A DNA stretch of 43,744 nucleotides. Origin: Callorhinchus milii (taxonomy: Eukaryota). This document shows positions 10,827 to 22,371 of the stretch, in pieces. Every line of letters begins with the position of its first letter. Position 1 is the stretch's first letter. The notes beneath the pieces were generated by a model. That model saw only the letters and a list, made by a program, of their open reading frames with translations. It had not been told where the DNA came from and did no database searches. The stretch is from contig NW_024705445.1 in the NCBI RefSeq assembly GCF_018977255.1, positions 1-43,744 on the forward strand, read 5' to 3'. The position numbers and the translations under genes are program-made.

Positions 10827-13800
10827 AAGGGTGTCAGTACTGTTTATGTGAAGAGAATGATGTTGTAAGACTGCAGAAGTGCCAGGGTTGTCACGCAGTA
10901 CAGTACTGCTCGAATACCTGCCAAAAACAACACTGGCAAGACACAAGGTACTCTGCAGAGCAATCAACACATTACAGAAGAAAACAGAATGTGAAAAGAC
11001 ACCAGAGTGGAGGAACCCAAATATGGGCAAGGTTAGCTTTCTCAGGCCTAAATGCAACAACAGACTGTTAAAGTTAATTGGGAAAAGATGCATGGTGAAG
11101 TGTTTACTGGACACGTATCAACCTCTGCCCTTTGGGACACAGGAGCTCAAGCCAGTGTTATAAATGAAGCATGGCGAAATGAGCATCTACCTAAGTCAAG
11201 AGTGAGACCAGTTGAAGAGCTCTTGGGGACGGTACAATTACTGGAATGGCAGTTAACCAAACAGAAATACCATTCACAGGCTGGATAGAGGTGGCATTCA
11301 GATTGAACAGTAATATGGGGACCAGTCAGTGCTTTCTCATTCCAATGCTGGTATCCAGTGACCCCAGGGTTGCAGAAGATCCCATTATTGGTTTTAATGT
11401 CATCGAGGAGGTCATCAATGGGCTGGTGGAAGGAGGAGAGACATTGCGGACCCCATTAAAGTGGGGGTTGTGGGTGAGGCTTTCTCCATCACTCCAGGAG
11501 ACACAAACGTCCTCATCCACCTGTTGTCTTCTGGCAACCGGGACAGTGATGGTGGGGCAGTCAAGACAGGCAAACAGAGAGTGGTGCTACCACCAGCTCA
11601 AGCCACAATGGTTCGAAGTCGTGCTCATTTGGGACAGCTGGAGGGAGATTAAGTGATGCTGTTTGTCCCTGAAGAGAAGCCCCAATGGCCAGAGGGTTTA
11701 CACATCAATGAGGTCCTGGTGACGCTGAGTAGAGGCAACTCATCCTGCATACCAATCGCAGTGATCAACACAACCAAACACAGCATCACACTTGATCAGC
11801 GGGTCACCCTAGGACATTACAGCCTGTGAAATCTGTGTATCCAGCAGCAGTAAGACCTGTGGCGTACCACCAAGGCACCCCTAGTCAGGATCAGAGATGC
11901 CAACAAACACAGGATGGCCACAAAACTGGTGGAGCAAAAGCTAAGGGGCTGCAGCTGAGGCCAAAATTAAAGAGCAATGCGAAAAATGGGACCCACTGGT
12001 GAACCTGGACCACCTAACAAAGGAGCAGCAAATGCAGCCAAGATAATGCTCAGAGAGGAATGCCATTCTTTTTCAAGAGATGACAATGATGTTGGGAGCA
12101 TACCTTCATTGAAAATGCATATCACCCTCAAGGATAGGACTCCAGTGCAAAAGACGTACATTTCCGTCCCAAAACCATTGCATAATGAAGTGAAGCAGTA
12201 TCTGCAAGACTTGATCAATCGAGGCTGGGTGACAAAATCAGATCATCATATTCTTCACCCATAGTCTGCGTAAGGAAGAAAGACGGAAACCTGAGACTAT
12301 GTTGTGATTCCCGAGAGCTGTTCCGGAAGTCGGTTCCTGACAGGCATCCCATCCCAAGGATCCAAGACATGCTTGACAGTTTGAGTGGGAGTTCTTGGTT
12401 TTCGGTTTTAGACCAAGGGAAAGCCTACCATCAAGGCTTCCTCGATGAAGAAAGTCGCCCCCTCACAGCTTTTATCACACCATGGGGATTATATGAGTGG
12501 GTGCGTATTCCCTTTGGTTTGAGTTCAGCACCAGCAGAATTCCAGAGGAGCATGGAGGACTGCCTGTCTGGCCTTCGGGACAAAATCTGTCAGCCTTACC
12601 TGGATGACAACCTTGTTCATAGCAAGTCCTTTGAAGATCATGTGTGGCATGTACAAAGGTATTGCGTCGGTATCAACAACATGGTGTCAAACTGACAGCA
12701 AAGAAATGTGAGTTGTTCCAGAGCAAGGTGCGATACTTAGGCAAAATCGTATCGAAAGATGGCTATACTATGGACCCAGCAGAGATTGCCCCAGTTCAAG
12801 CACTTAAAGCAAGGAAGCCTAAAACAGTGGGAGAGCTCAGGAAGATGCTGGGATTCATCTCTTACTACAGGTCGTATATACAGAACTTTTCAACACCTAG
12901 GCAATTTCAAAAGAACAAAATAGTACAGGGAACAAAATCAGGCCAACTGCTGAGCAGAACACCATTAACATGGACAGATTCCCACCAAAGAGTTTTGATT
13001 CAATTGGTTGATCACCTATCCAGTCCACCGATATTGGCATACCCAAACTTTGATCAACCATTTGTCTTACATTGCTATGCCTCACAAGAAGGCCTGGGAG
13101 CTATCCTTTACCAGAGGCAAGATGGAATAATGAGAGTCATAGCCTATGGGTCCAGAACTCTCACTCCACCAGAGAAAAATTACCACCTTCACTCAGGCAA
13201 ACTGGAATTTCTGGCACTGAAATGGGCAATTTGTGAACGTTTCCGGGATTATCTGTATCATGCCCCTTCGTTTGTGGTATACACAGACAATAATCCCCTC
13301 ACATATGTCCTCACCACTGCCAAACTCAATGCAACTGGACAAAGATGGGTTGCCGAATTGGTCGACTTTGATTTCACAATCAAGTACTGCCCGAAAAGGA
13401 TCAATGCAGATGCGGATGGACTGTCAAGGATGCCCCTGGACATTGATTCATAGCTCAGTGCACTGAAAAAGTCAGCCCAGAGGTGATTAGTGCAACAATG
13501 CAGGGAGTCACCATTCAGCATGAGGAATCAACAGCCTGGTCCAGATTGATACCACTCCATGCCATTGAAATACAGGAGGATTGTGACTCACTAGCTTGCT
13601 CGATTCAGCCGATCCCAAGGGGTGAACTCAGACAAGCCCAGCAAAGAGACCCAGTCATTGGCAAAGTATTGGAGTACAAAGGCAAAAATCGAAGGCCCAT
13701 GGTAAAAGCCAGCCAGACAGAAAACCGTGATGTGAGGGCATTATTAAGAGAATGGGCAAAGCTTCACATCAGTAAGGAGGGAATTCTGTACCGGAAAACC

Positions 13801-15519
13801 AATACCAGGTCCCAGCTGGTATTGCCTAAACTGTATCACCCATTAGTCTATAAAGAAATGCATCAGGAAATGGGCCATCTTGGCGTGGAAAGGACATTGA
13901 ACTTGATCAGAGATCGATTTTATTGGCCCGGGATGCAGAACGACGTCGAGCATTTTGTCACAAAGGTATGTGACTGCCTAAAGAAAAGAAAGCCAAACAT
14001 ACCAACACGGGCACCTTTGGCTAACATCAAAACCACATACCCTTTTGAGATGGTTTCCATTGATTTCCTGCACCTTGAAACATGTAAGCAGGGATATGAA
14101 TATATCCTGGTTGTAATGGATCATTTTACACGGTTTGCTCAAGCTTATGCTACAACCAACAAAACAGCAAAAACAGTGGCTGACAAGCTATTCAATGACT
14201 ATGCCCTTAAATTTGGTTTCCCCACAAAAATACACCATGATCAAGGAAGAGAATTTGAGAATCAGCTGATGGCCCAATTAAAGAAAAATTGTGGAATAAG
14301 AGGCTCCCACACTACCCCATACCACCCACAGGGTAACGGACAGGTAGAGCGATTCAACAGGACCCTGCTGTCAATGCTAAGGACTCTGACTGAAGAGCAG
14401 AAGACAGATTGGAAGAGCTCCCTGGCCAAGGTAGTGCATGCCTACAACTGTACTCGTAGTGAAGCCACAGGATTCTCGCCTTTTTATCTCCTGTTTGGGA
14501 GGTCTCCAAAACTACCAGTGGATTTGATTTTTGGTTTTGAACACCAGGGAGAGGAAGGATCCTATACGCAATATGTGGAGAAGTGGAGACAGCGAATGGT
14601 GGAAGCCTACAGAATAGCATCTGACTGTGCAACAAAAGGAGCCACTAAAGGGAAGGACCAGTATGACAAGAAAATTCATGGGGCAGAGCTACAACAAGGC
14701 AATCGTGTCCTGGTGAGAAATTTGAATGAGAAAGGAGGACCAGGCAAAATTCGCTCGTACTGGGAGGACAAGGTGTATGTTGTCATTGGAAGAAAAAGTA
14801 ATGACAGCCCAGTTTACGAGGTGAAACCTGAAAGCGGTGAAGGGAGAACCAAAGTGATTCATCGGAATTTGCTGCTACCTTGTGACTTCCTCCCAACTGA
14901 GCAGCCATCACAAAACCAACGGAGTAAGAAAGCAACAAAGAAAACTCACCAAACAAGGACGAGAGGCCCATGGAAAGACATGAAGGAACCAACAGACAGC
15001 GAGTTGGAAGCAGAGGATGGATTTGACAGAGGTTACTTCAGTTGGCCAAAAACTGGTCAGCAAGCTACAGTAATACAAGACACGGAGTCACCATTGAACC
15101 CAGAAGCTGAAGAATTCCACCCGCACAACACAGAAGGTGAACAACAGTTATCGGCAGCAGCCGAGGAACATTTATCACCAACTGGTACGGAGAGCAGGGA
15201 GACAGATTCAGAGAGTTAATATCAGTTAACTGAAGCAACTGAGGGACGGTTGTTGCCGACGGGATCAGAATATAGTGAGACCAATTTGGCTATAACTAAT
15301 GAAGGAGAGCAGTTGAGTCCAGCAGGTAAATCTGCAAGGGACCTGGAACAGAGTGATGGAGAGGATGAGAGTAGTCATCACGACAGGAGACTCCACCCTC
15401 AAAGAGAGAGGAGACAGCCAAAAACACTCACCTATGACAAGTTAGGTGAACCAACCATCGTGAGAAGGAGCCCGAGAGCACAAGGAATAACTGTTGGTTG
15501 CTACTGGAGGCCATGGTGA
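10769..15519 (+). pseudogene. pol: Gypsy pol: MYND zinc finger, aspartic protease, RT, RNase H, integrase (disrupted)
   Basis: [49 protein letters not shown] and YLDD; RH ([16 protein letters not shown]); IN HHCC plus DDE (IDFL, HDQG, QVERFN); several frameshifts and stops. Confidence 0.93.
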
Positions 15520-16064
15520 AACAAGGAACTTTTGACTACAAGATGGGTGACCAAGACAAACTATAAACTGTGGTCATATAGTTGTAGTTGTTTAAGATGT
15601 TTTGTTTGTGAGTGTTGTGTTTAATATGCCTAAAAGGAGAAAAAATGGTGAGGAAAAGGTTTCAAGTATGTTGGTAGGCCGATAAGTAAGTACCTAAGAG
15701 GTAAATTCCACATAGCATTGACAAGCTGTAAAGGATTTTATCTTGACAGGTACTGGGAAAAGAATCCTAACCATTTCTGGTCAGTAAAATGGGAAGCATG
15801 GTTTAATAATACCAGATTGTCTGGTAATTCCAAAAGCATAATACAATGCTTGGGCTCCTATCTCTTCGTGCACAAAGAGTTGGAGCTCACACTAAAATAG
15901 AGAGCTTCTGGAGTGGCGCTATCTTGGAAGGGATATGATCCCTAGAGAAATTGTGTTCACGATTTCATAAACTCCTTTCATGACCAGTTTAAGGGAAAAG
16001 ACTGCAAAATGTTTGCAATGAGAAAGGTGGAGTATCGAGACGACACTCATTCTGTGGGGGAGAG

Positions 16065-17014
16065 TGTGGCACATTAGGAATGGATCACTCTTTTAATTAT
16101 GTCCTTGTGCAGCAAGGGAGTAAAGTGTGGTTCTGTGAAAGTCCTGATGTGCTGTGCAGTGCATCAATGCATGTGTGTACAGCAGCATGTGATGACTGAG
16201 TCGGGCCTGTAGGTGGCTGGCAGGGTTATTGAATGACCACGCGGATATACCAGTCACATGGTTAATGGCGGCTCGGAGCAAGGCTGGTTGTAACACACGT
16301 GTTGTTGCATTTTACAGGTAAAGGACCCAAAGGTTGTTTTTGATCGTTATATAAATGTTCTAGATTTGTTCTAGACTTGTTCTAGACTTGTTCTAGACTT
16401 GTTCTAGACTTTAAGCCTTTGCTTTGAATTGTTCGTTTGTGATATATGCAATTAGAGGCGTTTTAGCACTGTGCATTGTAAAGGGATGACGCACTGTAAT
16501 TAGTTACTGTCATTGTAATTCTCTAAATCTAATACTGTTTAGTCTATAACCATGCCCATGTACCCAGAGTATGACTACTTGCAATGCTATTGAGAATAGA
16601 ACACATGTAAAGTAGTAAGCTGTACAATGGTGAGATACAGTACGTATACTGTACACATACAGTACATATAATGGGTGGAATATACCGATATAAGTGGATG
16701 GTATAGATAGACATACAGCTTAGGATTAACGTAATAGTCGAATAGTGATGTGCAAATGTGATTGTCAAAGACAAAGATGGTTTATCAGTAGTAGAATTGG
16801 GTTGAAGAGAAATGGTTAATGAATGACCGCGCAGATATACGAGTCACATGGTTAATGGCGGCTCGGGAGCAAGGCTGGTTGTAACACACGTGTTGTTGCA
16901 TTTGACAGAGTGACGGTGCTGTTCTTCCCAAGATTAATATTAACCACAATAAATAAATGTGCTTGCCCTCGATTTGGAGCACCTGCCCACGTCCTTCATT
17001 TCGAGTGTGCAACA
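16065..17014 (+). repeat. 3' LTR of Gypsy element 1, split by a ~495-bp spacer with a ~94-bp duplication
   Basis: LTR pieces 16065-16317 and 16814-17014; 16224-16317 is repeated at 16814-16908. Confidence 0.85.
16356..16411 (+). repeat. 11-bp tandem repeat (TTGTTCTAGAC)x5
   Basis: Read directly from the sequence. Confidence 0.9.
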
Positions 17015-17425
17015 TTATCTTGTTGTATAGCTATTCAGTGCTAATGTAGGTGCCTGGTCCATCCAGGACCTATTCTTGAGTTTCATGTTATCTAAGACAA
17101 TGTTATGATGCTGCAGTGTTCATTCATTGTATTGATATTGCAAGTATTAACAGATGCTGTATTTTGTGCTGTGTTTTTCCATCAGTTTTACCTCGTTTCA
17201 TTCATTAAATACGTTGGAGACAGATGTTCACCCTGGCTCTGAAGGTTTATTGAATGCGAGGTTAACTACTCGGATAGTGGTGCAACGCAGCGCACAGCGA
17301 GGCCGAGACAACTCGTGATGATTTTCCTAAAGCTAGCCCTGCACGTGTCATTGCTGCAATGGAGAGGCAGGGGTCCTGAAATGTTTGTTACCTGAACCGG
17401 ATCTCAATACCGAGACAACATGTAC

Positions 17426-17839
17426 CTTGGACGAGCAGGTAGGTTCCATGATGACCGTAGTAATTATATTCTTTGATTCTTTGTTCACTCATTTCCCACT
17501 CTTTGATTCGGCAGAAGTAGGTGTTTATGTCCGCACGTTTCAGGTTGACGATGCTGATGTTTGCCTCACCCTTGCCTGGGTCTCCCAGCAGTCTGAGTCG
17601 TTCCCTGAAATTGTCGGCAGTATAATTGTTATTCGAACTGTTGAATATGACTGCTCCATTATTGACCTCCCTGAGTCTCCACTCCACACTGACTTGGTTC
17701 AAGGGAGAACGAAGCGAGAAGGTGCAGGGCAGGAGCACGGAGTGGCCAACCATACTCATGACGAACCTCTTGGTACACACGCTCGCCGTGGAACCGAATT
17801 TGGAGCAGAGAAGACGCGCGTCTTCCTCAGAGGCTGCAC
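17426..17839 (-). CDS. Ig V-set domain exon of a Siglec-15/PILR-like IgSF receptor (gene B)
   Basis: Acceptor ccttttcag|GT, donor CAAG|gtacat, phase 1-1, open frame; GHSVLLPCTF (B Cys), VEWR (C Trp), RLRLLGD, DINTYFCR (F Cys), GHHGTYLLVQ (G strand). Confidence 0.9.
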
Positions 17840-18155
17840 CTGAAAAGGATGCGGACAGAGATTAGTGAAGTGCCTGGTCCTGCAACGCCTGTGATGCAGT
17901 GATTATAGGAGGTGGGGTTGGATGATCGACCAGAGATGATACCACGCATGGTTATCACGTTTAATTCGCATGACTGTTCGACTCTGTTCCAGAGCTGCTA
18001 GCAGATCTCTCAACTGACTCATTGTTGAGTCATCTCATAGATCGTTCTATGCTCTGCGCATCACTCAGTCTGCTCGGGACCTCTGTGCTCTGTGGTGAGT
18101 CGTGAAGGGTCCTGCTGCACTCCAACCACCCATCAACATCAAAGCGGTCTTTGCA

Positions 18156-18472
18156 CAGTAAAGGGAGTCCTCTACTTACAAAAAATCAATTTAAGAACTT
18201 TCAGAAATATGAATAATGCTGTCCGTATGTCCAGTTGCCTGTTTGGACCAAGAGTCGGTAGTTGAACTGCCGCGAAATAGATGGTGGTGGTGGCATCTAC
18301 ATCTACAAACGTGAAGAACCAGTGGCATCTACATCTATACGAGCTTATACAACTTCTAAAGGCATTCCCCGTGTTTAGTGTCTATGCCATACAACATGTT
18401 AAGAATTGCACAAATCGCCTTACAAACAGATCACTGGAACCTAACTCGTTTGTAAGTAGAGCAGTCACTGTA
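18156..18472. mobile_element. Tc1/mariner (Tigger-like) MITE remnant
   Basis: Inverted ends CTCTACTTACAAA / TTTGTAAGTAGAG..CTGTA. Confidence 0.45.
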
Positions 18473-18523
18473 TTTGCATCGTTCTTCAATAAAAAGTGAC
18501 AATCGAGACAGCAGTCTCTAAAA

Positions 18524-18975
18524 CTCTTTGGTTCTTTCGGTAAAGTCACGTAGGTATAAAATAAAATAAATTAAATCACGACGTTTCGGGTGCAACACAA
18601 GTGCCTGTCATCAGGTGAAGCACCCACAGCAATAAACAATTGCTAACGTGGGCAAAAGGAGGCTGCTTGTGACACGAGGCTATATATACGTAAGAGGGAG
18701 GGGGGAGGAGCAAGGGAGGAGAGGGTGTGGGGTAGGGAAAAGTGGCGAAGTTCAAGTTGCACCCGAGCTCGAGTACAACACAATGCCGGGGCTTTGAAGT
18801 GCAAGCTCCAACCCGAGCCCGAGTACTACAAAATGTTGGGTCTGGGACGTGAGCGGGACTGGAGGGTAGGAGGCTGAAGAAACTGGAGATGCGGATACGA
18901 AGGCAAACTATAAAGTAGTTAAGGTTTTACCTGGTTAATAACATCCTTCCAATTTTCAGTTTCTAACTTGAAGGC
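18524..18975 (-). mobile_element. Penelope-like element 3' fragment (pLTR with hammerhead)
   Basis: Minus-strand FKLETENWKDVINQVKP* resembles the GIY-YIG C-terminus of the copy at 37149-37832; hammerhead plus TACCTACGTGACTTTACCGAAA motif. Confidence 0.7.
18577..18617 (-). ncRNA. minimal hammerhead ribozyme motif (stem II decayed)
   Basis: Reverse complement reads CAC-CTGATGA-C-AGGCAC-TTGTGTT-GCACCC-GAAAC-GTC-GTG. Confidence 0.7.
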
Positions 18976-19089
18976 AATGCATTCCCTCGGTCTGCCATCT
19001 GAGTTTGATCAACCTCGAACCAATGCAAAACTCGATAACCCTGGCACCAACGTTGTTTGCAGAGCTGTCGATATTCATCATACGGTTGC

Positions 19090-20400
19090 CAAATGAGACA
19101 TCGCCACTTGATTACATTCCGCACGTTAATTCTTACATTACGCTCGGACACGCTCGCGCCGCCGATTGTTCACATTGCAAATGTTTCCTTCAGCGAGGGC
19201 TGTTTCCCAGACCATATCAAAATGGTGCAGGTAACACCGCTCTTGAAAAAAGTTAGCTTAAGCCATAGTGAACCCACAACCTATCGCCCGGACTCAAACC
19301 AGAGCACGATTTCAAAGGTTGAATACCTATGGTTGAAGTGGTTACTTCCCCAGGTCGCTGCAACAGGCAGATTTAACCCATTGCAGTCGTCATACCGGAT
19401 GTTCCACAGCACTGAGATGACACTACTAAAGATCACTAATGACCTCTACAAGATCACGGATGACAGGTTGGTTGGACTCGATGTTTCCGCCTTTCACACC
19501 ATTGACCATGAGATACTCATCAGGCGGCTAAGGTCAATGTTTTGTGTATTGGGTACACCATTGGGGTGGATTTAGTTATACCCGCATGGTCGATCACAGT
19601 TCGTCAAGTGGGGGACGAACAGTCATCACCCGATGCCATGCCGAGTACCACAGCGGTCCGTCCTCAGGCCCTTCCTGTTTTCAAGATACGTCTCTCCGAT
19701 CGCCGATGTCATCTCGTCACATGCCATCAAGTTCCATAAATTTGCTGACGATGTACAAAAGTAAATTTTAGTGAAGTCAAAGTAAGATATGGAGAGCCTC
19801 TGTAACCTTGAACATTGCTTGCAAGCGGCGCACATGTGGTTTGCGCGAAAGAAAATGCTGCTTAATCCAGAAAAATCTTAGGTTCTGCTGGTTGCACTCA
19901 GCCTCAGGCTAGCACAATTGTGGATTAGGTGTGGGTGGTCGCAGACTGCAGGATGCAGTTTTCTACTCATATAAAGAGCCTCGGCACCATACTCGAAACA
20001 ATGTCGTTTGATCACCACGTGCAACAACATAGTAAGGTCCTGCAATTTCCATATCAGGGCTCTATGGCACATTCGATAACTACTGATTTGTAACATAGCC
20101 AACACGGTGGCGTGTAGCATAGTATTTACAAGAATTGATTATTGCAACTCACTACTCTCACGGGACGTCTGGAAAAAATTAGCAAACTGCAGAGTGTACA
20201 ACATTCTTTGGCACGTGTCGTGACGGGTACTGCAAGATCCGACCAAGGTCGCCGAGCTGCATTGGCTTCGGTTGCTGAACGAATACATTATAAGGTCGTT
20301 CTCATTACAAACAAGGTGCTTGCCACAAATGAACCACAATACCTTGCTGATCTCGTCAAGGCATATAAATGATCACACAAACTCCGGTCATCGTCGCAGA
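19090..20400 (+). mobile_element. L2/CR1-group LINE ORF2 (RT) pseudogene fragment
   Basis: VTPLLKK, TYRPDSN..ISKVE, LQSSYRMFHSTE, LDVSAFHTIDH, FADD, LQSVQHSLARVV motifs, with frameshifts. Confidence 0.88.
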
Positions 20401-20801
20401 TACCAGATAGCAGTCACCGCTGATGTAAGCCATGGCCTGGAATTAAACTCGGGTAACCTGGTTCATAACAAAGTGCTATGCATAGCTATAAACATCTGTA
20501 CAGTCAGCGTGGGAAGGCAGGTTACTGAAAGGACAAAGCAAAACAATCATTGCAATCAGAATTTTCCACTTGCATATGTTCACATTTCCTGGAGAAGCTA
20601 GGTCACTGAGATGAGCATCAGTGCCATGTAGAGGTCAGCTACAAAACCAAAATCCAGGTGGTGGGAAAGTTTTTAAGAGCGGACATTTGAAGGTCGAACG
20701 TCAACTGCAAAAGTTACGAAAGAAAGTGGTGGCGATGTGTCGTATCATGTACGACGCTGGACGTAATGACCTCCAGAGATTGCGTCCATCTCGCAATCGC
20801 A

Positions 20802-21010
20802 TGGCATCGCGGTTGCTAGGAGATGTTAACTACCTCGCCTGGCATACAGGAGGTCGTGGGTTTGATCCCGACCCTGACACCTGCTGTATATTTGAAGTTT
20901 TCATGTTCTCTCTCCCCGTGGTCGCGTGGATTTTTCTTCGGGTCCTTCAGTTTTTTCCTCCACATTTATAATAACACGCTTCAGAGTATTTGGCTGCTGC
21001 TATAAATGTC
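20802..21010 (+). mobile_element. tRNA-derived SINE (V-SINE-like)
   Basis: GGGTTTGATCCC B-box-like motif and TTTGAAGTTTTCATGTTCTCTCTCCCCGTGGTCGCGTGGATTTTTC core; same family at 21508-21680 and 34896-35097. Confidence 0.75.
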
Positions 21011-21099
21011 TACATGATGAACCCACTTTGTTGAGTTATAATTCTGAAAAAATAACTATATAGTTCGGTGAGCCTTACCTTGTAAAATAAAACAATATT

Positions 21100-21478
21100 T
21101 TAGCTTTAAGTTCATCAGGTCGCACTCATTACACTCAAGTGCTTGCCACAAATTAACCTCAATGCCTTTATTGATCTCGTCCAGGAGCATAGACCATCAT
21201 CACGCAAACTCCGCTCATCCTCGCAGCAGCGACTTTTAGTTAACCATAAAACAAAATGGTCACCGCATCGTGCGCTTTCTGATGTGCTTCTCCGAGCGTC
21301 TTGTACGCCCTTCCCTCCGATATTTGGAAGCCACTGGGAGCTATGAACTTTTCAATCATCTAGGTTGAAAACTTTTTTTTTAAATGATTGTTGTGTTAAG
21401 TTTGTTTTCCTTCCCCCGCACCTATGATTATCTACGGTTGGCTACGTATGGTGTGAAATTAGTTCAACATACATACAG
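21100..21478 (+). mobile_element. L2-type LINE 3' end
   Basis: LVQEHRPSSRKLRSSSQQRLLV ORF2 end, then the shared GGTTGGCTACGTA..TTCAACATACATAC tail. Confidence 0.7.
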
Positions 21479-21507
21479 AATGGTGGTGATGGTGTTGATG
21501 ATGCGGC

Positions 21508-21680
21508 CAATCATGTCGAAATTCCCAGCAGCAAAATACCTAAACGCATGTTTCTAAATGTGGAGGGAAAACCCGGAGGACACGGAGAAAAATGCACACG
21601 ACCACGGGCAGAGAGAACATGCAAACTCCAAATATACAGCAGACGTCAGGGTTGGAATTGAACATACCAAGGGAGGGAGT
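21508..21680 (-). mobile_element. SINE fragment, same family as 20802-21010
   Basis: TTCTAAATGTGGAGGGAAAACCCGGAG..AACATGCAAACTCCAAATAT is the reverse complement of the family core. Confidence 0.7.
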
Positions 21681-22004
21681 TAAATTTCCTAGCTACCATG
21701 GCGCCCATAAAGCATCTGTCGTCCGACTTGGCAAGGCAAATCGTACAATAATAAAAACACCGTCCGGTAAGGCGTCTTGATGTGGTTGAAGTCAATCCCT
21801 ACGTAGCACGCACACCTACACACACACGCGTGCGTGTGTACACGACTGTGTGCTTGTGTGAACCGTGGGAATCCACTCACCACGTGCCCCGTTCACCCAG
21901 AGCCCCAGCACCAAACACGCACGAGTGACGAGAGCGACCATCTTGGACTCGCACTCAAAATCTTGTCCCGTCTTTGCCCAGGCCAAGGGCCGATTTTATA
22001 TCAC

Positions 22005-22105
22005 GGGGGTGGGTGACGGTGGCGCGGGGGGTGACGGTGGGGGTGGTGGTGACGGTTGGGGTGGTGGTGACTGTGGGGTGACGGGGGGGGTGACGGTGGG
22101 GGGGC
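22005..22105 (+). repeat. G-rich tandem repeat (GGGGGTGACGGT-like)
   Basis: Read directly; multiple G4+ runs. Confidence 0.8.
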
Positions 22106-22371
22106 CTCAAGATCAGCCAGCCACTGAGGGAGGGGCGACGTGGCAGGGGCTCCACACTAACCACTCCAACAAAGTGAGAAGCTAGAAGGGTGTTCGTCAT
22201 ATTTTACTCTGCTCCAGCTGTTGAGTCACACACACGTAGGGGGTGGATGATTAGCACCACACCCCTGGCTGCCTTTGTCTTCCCAGCAACGAGTATACAT
22301 CATCGCACCAGGTCCTCGCTTGAGGCCGATTAGAGTATGTGTTTTCCCCCTATAAGTAATTGCAATATGTA

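Larger units (their letters stand above)
8886..17014 (+). mobile_element. Ty3/Gypsy LTR retrotransposon (gag - MYND-PR-RT-RH-IN), degenerate/chimeric
   Basis: TG..CA LTRs at 8886-9213 and 16065-17014 (interrupted), PBS 9219-9235, PPT 16056-16064, Gypsy domain order; no matching TSD (TCTG vs TTAT). Confidence 0.95.

Noticed and set aside
16544..16774. Hydrophobic minus-strand ORF in the LTR spacer
   Set aside because: Compositionally biased (TA/TAC-rich) with no credible splice sites.
17388..17395. Alternative donor CAG|GTAACA downstream of the V exon
   Set aside because: Phase 2, and it extends past the G strand; the phase-1 donor at 17426 parallels gene A. It remains possible as a minor isoform.
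21800..22360. Searched for a hammerhead downstream of the 22372-23420 Penelope
   Set aside because: No CUGANGA..GAAA pair found on the element strand.
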